A stretch of 64,000 nucleotides of DNA from Candidatus Oxydemutator sp. (lineage in GTDB: Bacteria; Pseudomonadota; Gammaproteobacteria; Poriferisulfidales; Oxydemutatoraceae): positions 1,248,001 through 1,312,000 of the forward strand of contig OZ241883.1 of assembly GCA_965203445.1 (NCBI GenBank). Reading direction: 5' to 3'. The first letter of the stretch is position 1. Each line of letters begins with the position of its first letter. The notes beneath the pieces are model-generated. The model was given only the letters and a program-made list of their open reading frames with translations, made no database searches and had not been told where the DNA came from. Positions 9,608-19,800 of this stretch are shown piece after piece. Both the position numbers and the translations under genes were made by a program.

Positions 9608-10525
9608 ATGATGGAGCAACGCGACGGCTGGATCTGGTTTGACGGCGAGTTTGTGCCCTGGCGCGAGGCCAAGGTGCACGTTCTGACGCACACGTTGCAC
9701 TACGGCACCGGCGTGTTCGAGGGCGTGCGCGCGTACCGCACCGAGGACGGCACCGCGATTTTCCGCCTGCACGACCACACCAGGCGGCTGTTCGATTCGG
9801 CCGCGATTATCGGCATCAAAATTCCGCTCGCGCGCGACGATCTGAACGAGGCGCAATGCGAGGCGGTGCGCAAGAACGGTCTCGAAACCGCCTATCTGCG
9901 GCCGATGATCTTCTACGGCGCCGAGGGCATGGGTCTGCGCGCCGACAACCTGAAAGTGCATTGCATTATCGCCGTGTGGCAGTGGGGAACCTACCTGGGC
10001 GAGGAGAACATCCGCCGCGGCATCCGCGTCAAGACCTCGTCGTTCGCGCGCCACCACGCCAACGCCGCGATGTGCAAGGCCAAGGCCAACGGGCATTACA
10101 TAAACTCGATGCTGGCGCTGCACGAGGCCTTGGCCGCCGGCTGCGACGAGGCGCTGATGTTGGACACCGACGGCTACGTCGCCGAAGGCAGCGGCGAGAA
10201 CGTGTTCGTCGTCGCCGACGGCGCGTTGCATACCCCCGATCTGAGCGCGGCGCTCAACGGCATCACGCGACGCACGGTGCTGCAACTGGCGCGCGACGAG
10301 GGCCTGGACGTTGTCGAGAGGCGTATCACGCGCGACGAGGTGTACATCGCCGACGAGGTTTTCCTGACCGGCACCGCGGCCGAAGTGACGCCGGTGCGCG
10401 AACTCGACGGGCGCGTCATCGGCGACGGCGCGCGCGGCCCGGTGACGGAACGTTTGCAGACGTTGTTCTTCGACGCCGTGCACGGACGCGCCGGCGCGCG
10501 CCGGGAGTGGCTTACCTTTGTCTGA
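9608..10525 (+). CDS. ilvE: Branched-chain amino acid aminotransferase
   Basis: HTLHYGTGVFEGVRAY, AKANGHYINS, EGSGEN, GTAAEVTP. SD AGGAG at 9601; start may be 9611. Confidence 0.95.
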   Translation: MMEQRDGWIWFDGEFVPWREAKVHVLTHTLHYGTGVFEGVRAYRTEDGTAIFRLHDHTRRLFDSAAIIGIKIPLARDDLNEAQCEAVRKNGLETAYLRPMIFYGAEGMGLRADNLKVHCIIAVWQWGTYLGEENIRRGIRVKTSSFARHHANAAMCKAKANGHYINSMLALHEALAAGCDEALMLDTDGYVAEGSGENVFVVADGALHTPDLSAALNGITRRTVLQLARDEGLDVVERRITRDEVYIADEVFLTGTAAEVTPVRELDGRVIGDGARGPVTERLQTLFFDAVHGRAGARREWLTFV

Positions 10526-11990
10526 CAACGGGGCCGGCGCAAAAGCGCGCGTACCGATGCGGCCCGGTTCCGCCGGTTCCGCAGGCCCCGACTTCGGCCG
10601 CGCGCACCTGCTGGTGGTCGGCGACGTGATGATAGACCGCTATTTTCACGGCGCGACCCGGCGCATCTCGCCCGAGGCGCCGGTGCAGGCGGTGCAAGTC
10701 ACCGACTGCGAGGAGCGCCCGGGCGGCGCCGCCAACGTCGCGGTCAACGTGCGCGGCCTCGGCGCGCGCGCGACGCTGATCGGGCTGACCGGCGAAGACG
10801 CCGAGGCCGGCGTGCTCGAGAGACTGCTGGCCGAGCACGGCGTCGAAGCGCGTCTTGTCGCGGTGCGCGGCAGCCCGACCATCGTCAAGATGCGCGTCGT
10901 CAGCCGCGCCCAGCAGCTGATACGCCTCGATTTCGAGGACGGCTTTGCAGGCGCCACGCCGTCGCGGGTGGAGACGCTGTTTGTTTCCTGTCTGGGCGCC
11001 GCCGACGCCGTCATCCTGTCCGATTACGCCAAAGGTTGTCTGCGCAACGTCCAGCGCCTGATCCGGTTTGCGCGCGACGCCGGCAAGCCGGTGTTCGTCG
11101 ATCCCAAAGGGCATGATTTTTCGCGCTACGCCGACGCCACCGTGCTGACGCCTAATTTTTCCGAGTTCGAGGCCGTCGTCGGCCGTTGCGGAGACGATGC
11201 CGAGATCGCCGCCAAGGGGCTTGCGCTGAAGCAGCGTCTCGGCCTCGACGCGCTGCTGGTGACGCGCGGCGAACACGGCATGTCGCTGATCGAGGGCGCC
11301 GACAGCGTTCACCATCTGCCGACGCACGCGCACGAGGTGTACGACGTGACCGGCGCCGGCGACACCGCGATCTCGGTGTTGGCCGCGGCGCACACGCTCG
11401 GCGTGTCGCTGCCGGAGGCGGTGCGGTTCGCCAACCGCGCGGCGAGCATAGTGGTCGAGAAATCCGGCACCGCGACCGTGGACGCCCGCGAGTTGCTCGA
11501 GGCCCCGCGCGCCGCGTCCGAAGACGCCGTCTGCACCGAGCGGGAATTGCTTACGCGCGTCGCTGCCGCGAGACGCGCCGGGCAGCGCATCGTGATGACC
11601 AACGGCTGTTTCGATCTGCTGCACGCCGGACATATCGCCTACCTGACCGAAGCCGCGTTGCTCGGCGAGCGCCTGGTGGTCGCGGTCAACGACGACGCAT
11701 CGGTGCGGCTGTTGAAGGGCGCCGCGCGCCCGATCAATCCGCTGCGCCTGCGTATGCGCCTGCTGGCCGCGCTTGCGATGGTGGACTGGGTGGTGCCGTT
11801 CTCGGAGTCCACGCCGCGGCGGCTGATCGAGCGCGTCTCGCCCGACGTCCTCGTCAAGGGCGGCGACTACGAAGCGCGCGCCGTCGCCGGCTACGACCAC
11901 GTCCGCGCCAGCGGCGGCGAGGTCGTCGTGCTCGATTATCTCGAAGGCGTCTCGACCAGCGCGTTGATCAGCGAGATACGCAAGCAATAG
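10518..11990 (+). CDS. hldE: Bifunctional heptose-7-phosphate kinase / heptose-1-phosphate adenylyltransferase
   Basis: RISPEAPV, DVTGAGDT, MTNGCFDLLHAGH, LVKGGDY. Confidence 0.95.
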   Translation: MSDNGAGAKARVPMRPGSAGSAGPDFGRAHLLVVGDVMIDRYFHGATRRISPEAPVQAVQVTDCEERPGGAANVAVNVRGLGARATLIGLTGEDAEAGVLERLLAEHGVEARLVAVRGSPTIVKMRVVSRAQQLIRLDFEDGFAGATPSRVETLFVSCLGAADAVILSDYAKGCLRNVQRLIRFARDAGKPVFVDPKGHDFSRYADATVLTPNFSEFEAVVGRCGDDAEIAAKGLALKQRLGLDALLVTRGEHGMSLIEGADSVHHLPTHAHEVYDVTGAGDTAISVLAAAHTLGVSLPEAVRFANRAASIVVEKSGTATVDARELLEAPRAASEDAVCTERELLTRVAAARRAGQRIVMTNGCFDLLHAGHIAYLTEAALLGERLVVAVNDDASVRLLKGAARPINPLRLRMRLLAALAMVDWVVPFSESTPRRLIERVSPDVLVKGGDYEARAVAGYDHVRASGGEVVVLDYLEGVSTSALISEIRKQ

Positions 11991-11995
11991 TTTCG

Positions 11996-13027
11996 ATGGC
12001 GCGGCGTGTTCTGGTGGTCGCGCAGGCGTGGGTCGGCGACCTGGTGTTGTCGCAAAGCCTCTACAAGGCGATGAAGCGGCGCCAACCCGGCGTTGCGATA
12101 GACGTTCTCGCGCCGGCGTGGGGTGCGGCGTTGCTCGGCAGAATGCGCGAAGTCTCGCGCGCGATTGCAATGCCGTTGGCGCACGGCGAACTGGGCCCGT
12201 CCGCGCGCTTGCGGCTGGGGCGCGAACTGCGCGGCGTCTATGATCAGGCCATCGTGCTGCCGCGTTCGCTGAAAGCCGCGCTCGTGCCGTGGTTCGCGCG
12301 CGTGCCGCGGCGCACCGGTTTTCGCGGCGAGATGCGCTACGGTCTGATCAACGACGTGCGCCCGTTCGACGCCGGCGCGATGCCGCGCATCGTGGATCGC
12401 TTCGTTTTTTTGGGCGAGTCGCGCGGCGTGACGCCGGACACCCGCGACGCGCCGGCGCCGGAGTTGCGCGTGGACGAAGTGCGCGCCGCGGCCTGCGTGC
12501 GGGAACTGGCGCTCGATTTGCAAAAACCGGTGCTCGCGCTGATGCCGGGCGCCGCTTTCGGCAAATCGAAACAGTGGCCGCCCGCGTACTTTGCCGACGT
12601 CGCCGACCGCTACGCCGCCGACGGTTGGCAGACGTGGCTGTTCGGTTCGTCCGGCGACCGCCCGCTTGCGCGCGCAGTCGTCCGCGCCGCCTCGTCTCCG
12701 ATTGCCGATCTTTGCGGGCGCACCGATCTTGCCGACGTCGTTGATCTGATGTCGCTCGCGTCGTTCGCGGTAACCAACGACTCGGGATTGATGCACGTGG
12801 CCGCCGCCGTCGGCTGCCCGCTGGTTGCGATCTACGGCGCCACTTCGCCGGATTACACGCCGCCGATGCTCCCCGCCTCGCGCCTGTTCTGGCGCAACCT
12901 CGAATGCAGCCCGTGCTGGAAAAAAACCTGCCGCTACGGCCACTACGACTGCCTCACCGGAATTGCGCCAAACGAGGTGTACGCCGCGGCGCGCAAGGTC
13001 GAGGGAAAGGCGCGCGCCTCACAGTAG
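11996..13027 (+). CDS. waaF: LPS heptosyltransferase II
   Basis: WVGDLVLSQSL, RTGFRGEMRYGLIND, NDSGLMHVAAA, YGATSPDYTPP. ATG at 11996. Confidence 0.92.
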   Translation: MARRVLVVAQAWVGDLVLSQSLYKAMKRRQPGVAIDVLAPAWGAALLGRMREVSRAIAMPLAHGELGPSARLRLGRELRGVYDQAIVLPRSLKAALVPWFARVPRRTGFRGEMRYGLINDVRPFDAGAMPRIVDRFVFLGESRGVTPDTRDAPAPELRVDEVRAAACVRELALDLQKPVLALMPGAAFGKSKQWPPAYFADVADRYAADGWQTWLFGSSGDRPLARAVVRAASSPIADLCGRTDLADVVDLMSLASFAVTNDSGLMHVAAAVGCPLVAIYGATSPDYTPPMLPASRLFWRNLECSPCWKKTCRYGHYDCLTGIAPNEVYAAARKVEGKARASQ

Positions 13028-13121
13028 CGGCGCGCGGGCGCGCGCTAAAATCCGGGTTGCGTATCAAGGTGTAAGCTTTGGGGCTATATTGGACTCATGT
13101 TTTGAACAAGCCACCGCCCTG

Positions 13122-14684
13122 ATGATAGACAAAAGACTGAAAGAACTCTGGCCCCGCCTTCAGGGCAAAAAGCCGCATATGCCGCAGTTTTTGAAGGCGG
13201 TGCGCTTACAAGGTCTCCGAGGTATCCGCAACCTGCGGGTTGTGTTCGATTATCCGGTGTGTGTCATTGCCGGAATGAACGCCAGCGGCAAGTCCACCGT
13301 CCTGCTCGCCGCCGCCTGCGCCTACGAGGTGCCGGGCGCCGGGGCCAGGGATTACGTACCTTCGACGCTTTTTCCAAACTATGTCCCGAAGGGGGGCGCC
13401 CGTGGCGACGACCGCCCCGAGATTTCCATTGAATACGAGTATTCCGAAGGTAACGATGCTATTTTGATGGCTTGGCGGCGAAGAAAAGGCTGGACGCGCA
13501 GCTTTTTTGGGCGCAAAAAACAACGTCAACCGAAACGTGCGGTTTATCTGCGCACGCTCAGCAATCTGAGCAGCCCGCCGGAGGTGCGCGGCGTGCTCAG
13601 CATGTCGCATCTCAAGACTGTGCCCGAGGAACATCCACTGACGGCCGCGCAAATAGATTTTGCACAGAGTATGCTGCCTTTCCGTTACCGGGAGGTCGTA
13701 CGGCTCTCCAAGACGGGCAAAGGCGGTAGGGACCTTCTTTTTGCGACGCATAAGGACGACACCGCGTATTCCGAGTTGCACATGGCCGCCGGCGAGCGCG
13801 CCATCCTGCGTCTGTCCGGAGAAATCGCGCAACTGCGTGGTGCGCTGGTGTTGATTGATGAGATCGAGGCAGGCCTGCATCCGTGGGCGCAGCAACTGCT
13901 GATGCTCCAGTTGCAGCAGCTGGCCTTGCGCAACGACTTGCAGGTTATCGTCACTTCCCACAGCCCCGTCGTGCTGGACGCCGTTCCCGCCAACGCGCGT
14001 ATCTTTCTTGATCGAGATGAACACGGGGACGTCGAGGTTCGTCCGCCGTACCAGGACATCATCCAGAATGCCTTCTACGGCCGTTCCGTCAACGTGCTCA
14101 ATGTGCTTTGCGAAGATGAGGTTGCGGAGGGCATCCTGCGCGGCGTGTTGGATTATCTGGCCCCCAGGATGTTCATTCAGCACGATCAGATCCGCATTGG
14201 TTGTGACACGAGCGCCCAGGAATTTCCGGCCCATGCCGCGGCTTTTAAGAGAATTGATCTGCTTGACAATTTCGTTTTTGTCCTGGATGGCGATCAGCGT
14301 GACAAAGATGTAGAAAAAAGACTGCGCGCGCGTGCCGGCGACTGGCGAGGTCCCGTGCTTTTCCTGCCCGGCGATGTCGCGCCCGAGGTGTGGCTTTGGG
14401 AGTGCCTGGAGCGCAACCGGTCCATGTATGCGGAGCCTTTGGGCACCGATCCAGGCAATTTCGGCACGCTTATGGAGCAGTCGAGCGATACTTATAGCTT
14501 GGCTTCCGAGACCGAGGCGGAAATCGCCAAGTTCAAGCTTGGAGACCTCGCCGGAAAACTTAGCCGACCGGTTCCGGCAGTCTGTCGCATTGTTGCCTTT
14601 CAGGAGGTGCGACGGAAAGACAGCGCGCTCCGACCGCTGGCTGATCAACTCGCCGACGCCATCCAGGCGTGGCGGGCTGCCTGA
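13122..14684 (+). CDS. ABC/AAA ATPase fused to a TOPRIM-like domain (OLD/AriAB-like putative nuclease)
   Basis: Walker A GMNASGKS, signature MAAGE, Walker B LIDEIEAGLHP, H-loop TSHSP; C-terminal LCEDE and VLDGD. Confidence 0.75.
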   Translation: MIDKRLKELWPRLQGKKPHMPQFLKAVRLQGLRGIRNLRVVFDYPVCVIAGMNASGKSTVLLAAACAYEVPGAGARDYVPSTLFPNYVPKGGARGDDRPEISIEYEYSEGNDAILMAWRRRKGWTRSFFGRKKQRQPKRAVYLRTLSNLSSPPEVRGVLSMSHLKTVPEEHPLTAAQIDFAQSMLPFRYREVVRLSKTGKGGRDLLFATHKDDTAYSELHMAAGERAILRLSGEIAQLRGALVLIDEIEAGLHPWAQQLLMLQLQQLALRNDLQVIVTSHSPVVLDAVPANARIFLDRDEHGDVEVRPPYQDIIQNAFYGRSVNVLNVLCEDEVAEGILRGVLDYLAPRMFIQHDQIRIGCDTSAQEFPAHAAAFKRIDLLDNFVFVLDGDQRDKDVEKRLRARAGDWRGPVLFLPGDVAPEVWLWECLERNRSMYAEPLGTDPGNFGTLMEQSSDTYSLASETEAEIAKFKLGDLAGKLSRPVPAVCRIVAFQEVRRKDSALRPLADQLADAIQAWRAA

Positions 14685-14849
14685 TTATTACTGGAAGCAG
14701 ACGGCGTCATCTGGGGATGCACTTTGCCATTTCCCGGCGAACATAGAGTGCGTTTCGTTAAGCCGTTCGGCAATGACGCACCAAGGGGGGAGGCGATGAT
14801 GACGAACGTAAGAGTGCGGCAATGACGAAGAGAAGGCCGGCGGCGAGGT

Positions 14850-14858
14850 TGTTATAAT
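14850..14858 (+). promoter_or_regulatory. Extended -10 promoter (TGnTATAAT) for the membrane protein-hldD unit
   Basis: TGTTATAAT about 25 bp upstream of ATG 14884. Confidence 0.5.
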
Positions 14859-14883
14859 CCCCTTTCCCGCCACCCGAATCGTT

Positions 14884-15615
14884 ATGAACGACGCCATGCC
14901 AGCCCGCGAACTGCCGCCCGCGCTTTATTTGGGCTTGCCGTTGCTGGTCGTCTTGATTCCTTATGCGGCGCAGTGGGTCGGCGGGCCGCAGCCCTGGCTT
15001 TACCACGAATCGGGCGCCATCGAGTGGGTTACGGTGGTGTTTCTGCTGGTCGGGATTTTTTACGCGGCCGGCGCGTTGCGGTTCGTAATCGGCCGCGGTG
15101 TGCGTTGGCTTTGCGGCTGGGTCGTGCTGCTGCTGTTAGGTGCGGTGTATTTCGCCGGGGAAGAGTTGAGCTGGGGGCAGCACGTCTTTCAGTGGGGCAC
15201 GCCCGAGGAGTGGCGACGGCTCAACGACCAGCAGGAGACGAATCTGCACAACGTGCATGCGCTCTTCGATCAGCTGCCGCGGGCGCTGCTGACGTTGGGC
15301 GCGCTGGTCGGCGGCGTCGCGGTGCCGCTCTACCGCCGCTTTAGCGCGCAGCGCTGGCGCATGTTGTCGGGCACGGACGGCGACGCCTGGCCGTACTGGC
15401 TGTGGCCGACCTGGGCGTGCCTGCCGGTGTCGGTCGCGGTTCTCGTCGTCAGCCCCTTCGATAAACTGGTCGAGTCGTCCGGCGCGGCCGCGCCGGATTG
15501 GCTCTACATGAAAGGTGGCGAGCTGAAGGAGTGCCTGTTGGCGCTGTTCATCCTGATTTACCTGCTGTCGCTGCATCGCCGCCTGCGCGCGCGCGCCCGG
15601 CAGACACCGTGCTGA
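14884..15615 (+). CDS. Integral membrane protein of unknown function
   Basis: About six hydrophobic segments, with GEELSWGQH and NDQQETNLHN motifs. Overlaps the hldD start. Confidence 0.75.
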   Translation: MNDAMPARELPPALYLGLPLLVVLIPYAAQWVGGPQPWLYHESGAIEWVTVVFLLVGIFYAAGALRFVIGRGVRWLCGWVVLLLLGAVYFAGEELSWGQHVFQWGTPEEWRRLNDQQETNLHNVHALFDQLPRALLTLGALVGGVAVPLYRRFSAQRWRMLSGTDGDAWPYWLWPTWACLPVSVAVLVVSPFDKLVESSGAAAPDWLYMKGGELKECLLALFILIYLLSLHRRLRARARQTPC

Positions 15616-16586
15616 TCGTCACCGGCGCCGCCGGCTTCATCGGCAGCAACGTCATCGCCGCGCTCAACGAGCGCGGAGTGGACGACGTTCTCGCGGTGGA
15701 CAACCTTAGCGACGGGCGCAAGGTGCGCAACCTCGCCGGCCTGAAAATCGCCGACTATCTCGACAAGGACGACTTCCTCGCGCGCGTCGTCGCCGGCGAG
15801 TCGTTCGGTTCCAATATCGAGGCGGTGATCCACGAGGGCGCATGTACCTCCACCGTCGAGTGGGACGGGCGTTACATGATGCGCAACAACTACGAGTATT
15901 CCAAGCGCCTGCTCGACTACTGCCGCCGCCGCGGGCTCGCCCTGCAATACGCCTCGTCCGCCGGCGTCTATGGCAACAGCGGGGCCTTCTCGGAAGACGA
16001 GGCCAACGAGCGGCCGACGACGATCTACGCCTACTCGAAGTGGCTGTTCGACCGCCACGTCGCGCGCACGGCGATGACGCGCGGCCCGGCCGTCGCCGGC
16101 TTTCGCTATTTCAACGTGTACGGCCCGCGCGAGGCGCACAAGGGCTTCATGTGCAGCGCGCCGTGGCATTTCAATCGCCAGCTGCGCGAGGACGGCAAAG
16201 TGCGCGTGTTCGGCGCCAACGCCACCTGCGCCGCCGGCGAACACCGCCGCGACTTTACCCACGTCGAGGACGTCGTGCGCGCCAAACTCTGGTGGCTGGA
16301 ACACCGCCCGCGCGGCATCTTCAATCTCGGCAGCGGTGTCGCGCGCACCTTCCGCGAGGTCGCCGACGCGGTCATCGCATGGCACGGCACGGGCGAGGTC
16401 GAATACATCCCGTTTCCCGACGAATTGAAGGCGGTGTACCAGGACTACACCCAGGCCGACCTGACGCGCCTGCGCAAGGCCGGCTACGACGGCGGCTTCA
16501 TGACGCTGGAAGAAGGCGTCGGGCGGTATCTCAAGTATCTTGCGGGCGAGCGGGATCAGGGCAGGTCGAATTATCCACGGGCGTAG
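15609..16586 (+). CDS. hldD: ADP-L-glycero-D-manno-heptose 6-epimerase
   Basis: GTG start; VTGAAGFIGSN, WDGRYMMRNNYEYSK, YAYSK, FRYFNVYGPRE, YQDYTQADL. Confidence 0.95.
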   Translation: MLIVTGAAGFIGSNVIAALNERGVDDVLAVDNLSDGRKVRNLAGLKIADYLDKDDFLARVVAGESFGSNIEAVIHEGACTSTVEWDGRYMMRNNYEYSKRLLDYCRRRGLALQYASSAGVYGNSGAFSEDEANERPTTIYAYSKWLFDRHVARTAMTRGPAVAGFRYFNVYGPREAHKGFMCSAPWHFNRQLREDGKVRVFGANATCAAGEHRRDFTHVEDVVRAKLWWLEHRPRGIFNLGSGVARTFREVADAVIAWHGTGEVEYIPFPDELKAVYQDYTQADLTRLRKAGYDGGFMTLEEGVGRYLKYLAGERDQGRSNYPRA

Positions 16587-16818
16587 CCGGGTCATGTGGC
16601 TGTCTCATAGGAGATGGCATAAGCCCTGAAAAAATTGGACGGAACGCAATAAGTGCCGTATTCTTGCAACGTCCCATCCATAAGCGAACAGATTAACACC
16701 CCCTCGGCCCGTTCGGGCCCCTGGGGGCTTTGGGTATCTGCCACCAGTATTATTCCTTAAACTATTGATATAGAAATATTTTCGACAGCAGGACAGTGTC
16801 GGATACGGCGAGGGCCGG

Positions 16819-19800
16819 GTGGTGGCATCGTGCACGCTCGTCAGTCTTATAATAGGCGGCATGTCCTTGTTCTCTCGACAACTCCACCATGCATACGTGG
16901 CAAGTGTGCTATGCGTTGTGGTTTCTGGTGTCGGGAGCACCGCTTCGGCACAAACGGGCGACACCTCTTCGACACCGACGGTCAGCACCGCCGACTACGA
17001 CGCCAACCGCAACGGCCTGATAGAAGTATCAAGCCTGGAGCAACTCAACGCAATCCGCTGGGACCTGGACGGCGACGGCGTGCCGACGAGAGCCGGCGCC
17101 GCGTCATACGCCGTGGCCTTCCCGAACACGGGCGGAGTAGTCTGCCGTACGACGACGACGGCGACGGTTTCCTGCAAAGGCTACGAGTTGGTATCGGACC
17201 TGGACTTCAACACAGGCGATCCAAGCACACGCACCGACGACCTGTATTACAACGACGGCGCCGGTTGGGAACCGATTGGCACTTGCCGCAGACGGTGGTG
17301 TTCTGCATCCGACTCGTATGCCGCGACGTTTCGTGGCAACGGCCACGTCGTTCACAGTCTGTTCATCCGGCGTCTAGGTGAGAATTTTGTCGGGTTGTTC
17401 GATTCACTGGGTAACGGAAGCAGGATAGAGGAGGTGAGTCTGCGCGACGTGAGTGTTGAGGGGCGCGAGTATGTTGGCGGCTTGGTGGGGGCTGTTCCTT
17501 GGGACGTAACCGATGTAACGATTTCCACTAGCCATGTGACCGGCATGGTCAGCGGGACAGACTATTATGTAGGCGGCCTCGTGGGGTTCAACAGTGGAGA
17601 GATAGTCGCCAGTTACGCGACGGGCACGGTCAGCGGGACGGGGGAGTTTGTAGGCGGCCTTGTGGGGCGCAACGATGGAGAGATAGTCGCCAGTTACGCG
17701 ACGGGCGCGGTCGGAGGGACGAATTTTTTTGTAGGCGGCCTCGTGGGGCAGAATTATGGAAAGATAGCCGCCAGTTATGCGACGGGTGCAGTCAGAGGAA
17801 CGAATTTTTATGTAGGCGGCCTCGTGGGGAGGAATTCTGGAAAGATAGCTACCAGTTACGCGACGGGCGCGGTCAGTGGTGGGATGGGTGATGTAGGCGG
17901 CTTCGTGGGGAGGAATTCTGGAAAGATAGCTGCCAGTTACGCGACGGGCGCGGTCAGCGCGAGCGGGACAGGCTTGTTTGTGTATGTAGGCGGCCTCGTG
18001 GGGGGCAACATGGGAGAGATAGCCGCCAGTTACGCGACGGGCGCGGTCAGCTGGAGCGGGACAGGCTTGTTTGTGGATGTAGGCGGCCTCGTGGGGTACA
18101 ACTATATACTCATGGGAGATATAGCCGTCAGTTACTGGGATACGCTGACCTCCGGCCGTGGATCGAGCGACGGCGGCACGGGCAAGAAGACCTTCGAGTT
18201 GCGTTCGCCCACGACGTACACCGGGATATACGCCGCCTGGAACGTGGACGTGGACGGCGACGGCGCAGCCGACGCCCCGTGGGATTTCGGCACCAGCACC
18301 CAATATCCGACGTTGCGGCATGGCCACGGCGCCGCGTCGGTAGCGTTGCAGCGGCCATCGCAGCCCGTGATTTCGGCGGACGGCAGTTTGCGCGGTTTGT
18401 CGGTCGGCGGTGCCACGTTGTCGCCTGATTTCCGTGCAGCGGTTACGTCGTATGACGCGGCGTCCGAATATGACGTGGTGACGGTTACGGCGCTGGTGGC
18501 GGACGCCGGGGCACGTGCCACGATCAGTCCGGAGGACGCGCAAAGCGATATTGACGGCCATCAGGTGAGACTGGCGGCGGGCACGACCGATACGGTAACG
18601 ATTACGGTAACGGTAACGGCGGCGGACGGTTCGGCGACGGAGTACGTCGTGGTGGTCGGTCATGGGGACGCGCCGTCGCCGCTTGAAGACACGGCGCCGG
18701 CGTTCGAGATCGCGGCGACGACGCTGACGTATACGGCCGGTGCATCGGTGGACCAGACGCTGCCGGCGGCGCGCGACGGCGATGGCGAGTTGCGCTATAG
18801 GCTGACCAACGCGGGCAGCACACCGACGCTGACACTCCCGTCCGGTTTGGAGTTCGACGCGGCGACACGCCGGTTGCACGGCAGGCTGACGACGGCGTCG
18901 TCGTCGGCGCGCTACACGCTGACGGCCACGGACGGCGACGGCAACCTCTCGCCCGCCGACGCCGCCCGGATGTCCATAGCAATCATAGTGTCGCCCGACC
19001 ACGACGCCAACCGCAACGGCCTGATAGAAATATCGAGCCTGGAACAACTCAACGCAATCCGCTGGGATCTGGATGGCAACGGCGTGCCGACGAGAGCCGG
19101 CGCCGTGTCATACGCCGCGGCCTTCCCGAACGCGGGCGGAGTAGTCTGCCGTACGACGACAGGGACGGTTTCCTGCAAAGGCTACGAGCTAATATCGGAC
19201 CTGGACTTCAATACCGGCGATGAGGGCACGCGCACCGACGACCTGTACTACAACAACGGCGCTGGCTGGGAACCTATCAGCGCTTGTGATCGGCCTTATT
19301 CCTATCCCTATCTTGTTTCTTGCCCGGGATACGCTGCGACGTTCAGCGGCAGCGGCCACGTGATCTACAACCTGTTCATCCAGCGTCCGCGTGAGAAATA
19401 TATCGGACTGTTCGGTGTTCTGATGGAAGCAAGCAAGATAGAGGGAGTGAAACTGCGCGACGTGAGCGTTGTGGGAGGTGGGTATGTTGGTGGCTTGGCA
19501 GGGAGTCTTGGTACTGATGGAGGCTGGTTCCAGTCGGTCCCTGGAGGAGAGATAACCGATAGTTACGCAGCGGGTAAGGTAAGCGGAGAGTATTCTGTAG
19601 GTGGCCTCGTGGGGTTCAACAATGGAGATATAGCTGCCAGCTACGCGATGGTCTCGGTCAGCGCGACGGAGGAAAAGTATATAGGTGGTTTCGTAGGGAT
19701 CAACTTGGGAGATATAGCCGCCAGTCACGCGACGGGCGCGGTCAGCGGGACGGAGTATGTAGGTGGCCTCGTGGGTCTCAACAAAGGAGAGATAGCCGCC

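Noticed and set aside
14700-14830. Repeated CGGCAATGACG after the ATPase gene
   Set aside because: Two short copies, possibly a degenerate palindromic repeat; too weak to call an ncRNA, retron msr/msd or insertion boundary.
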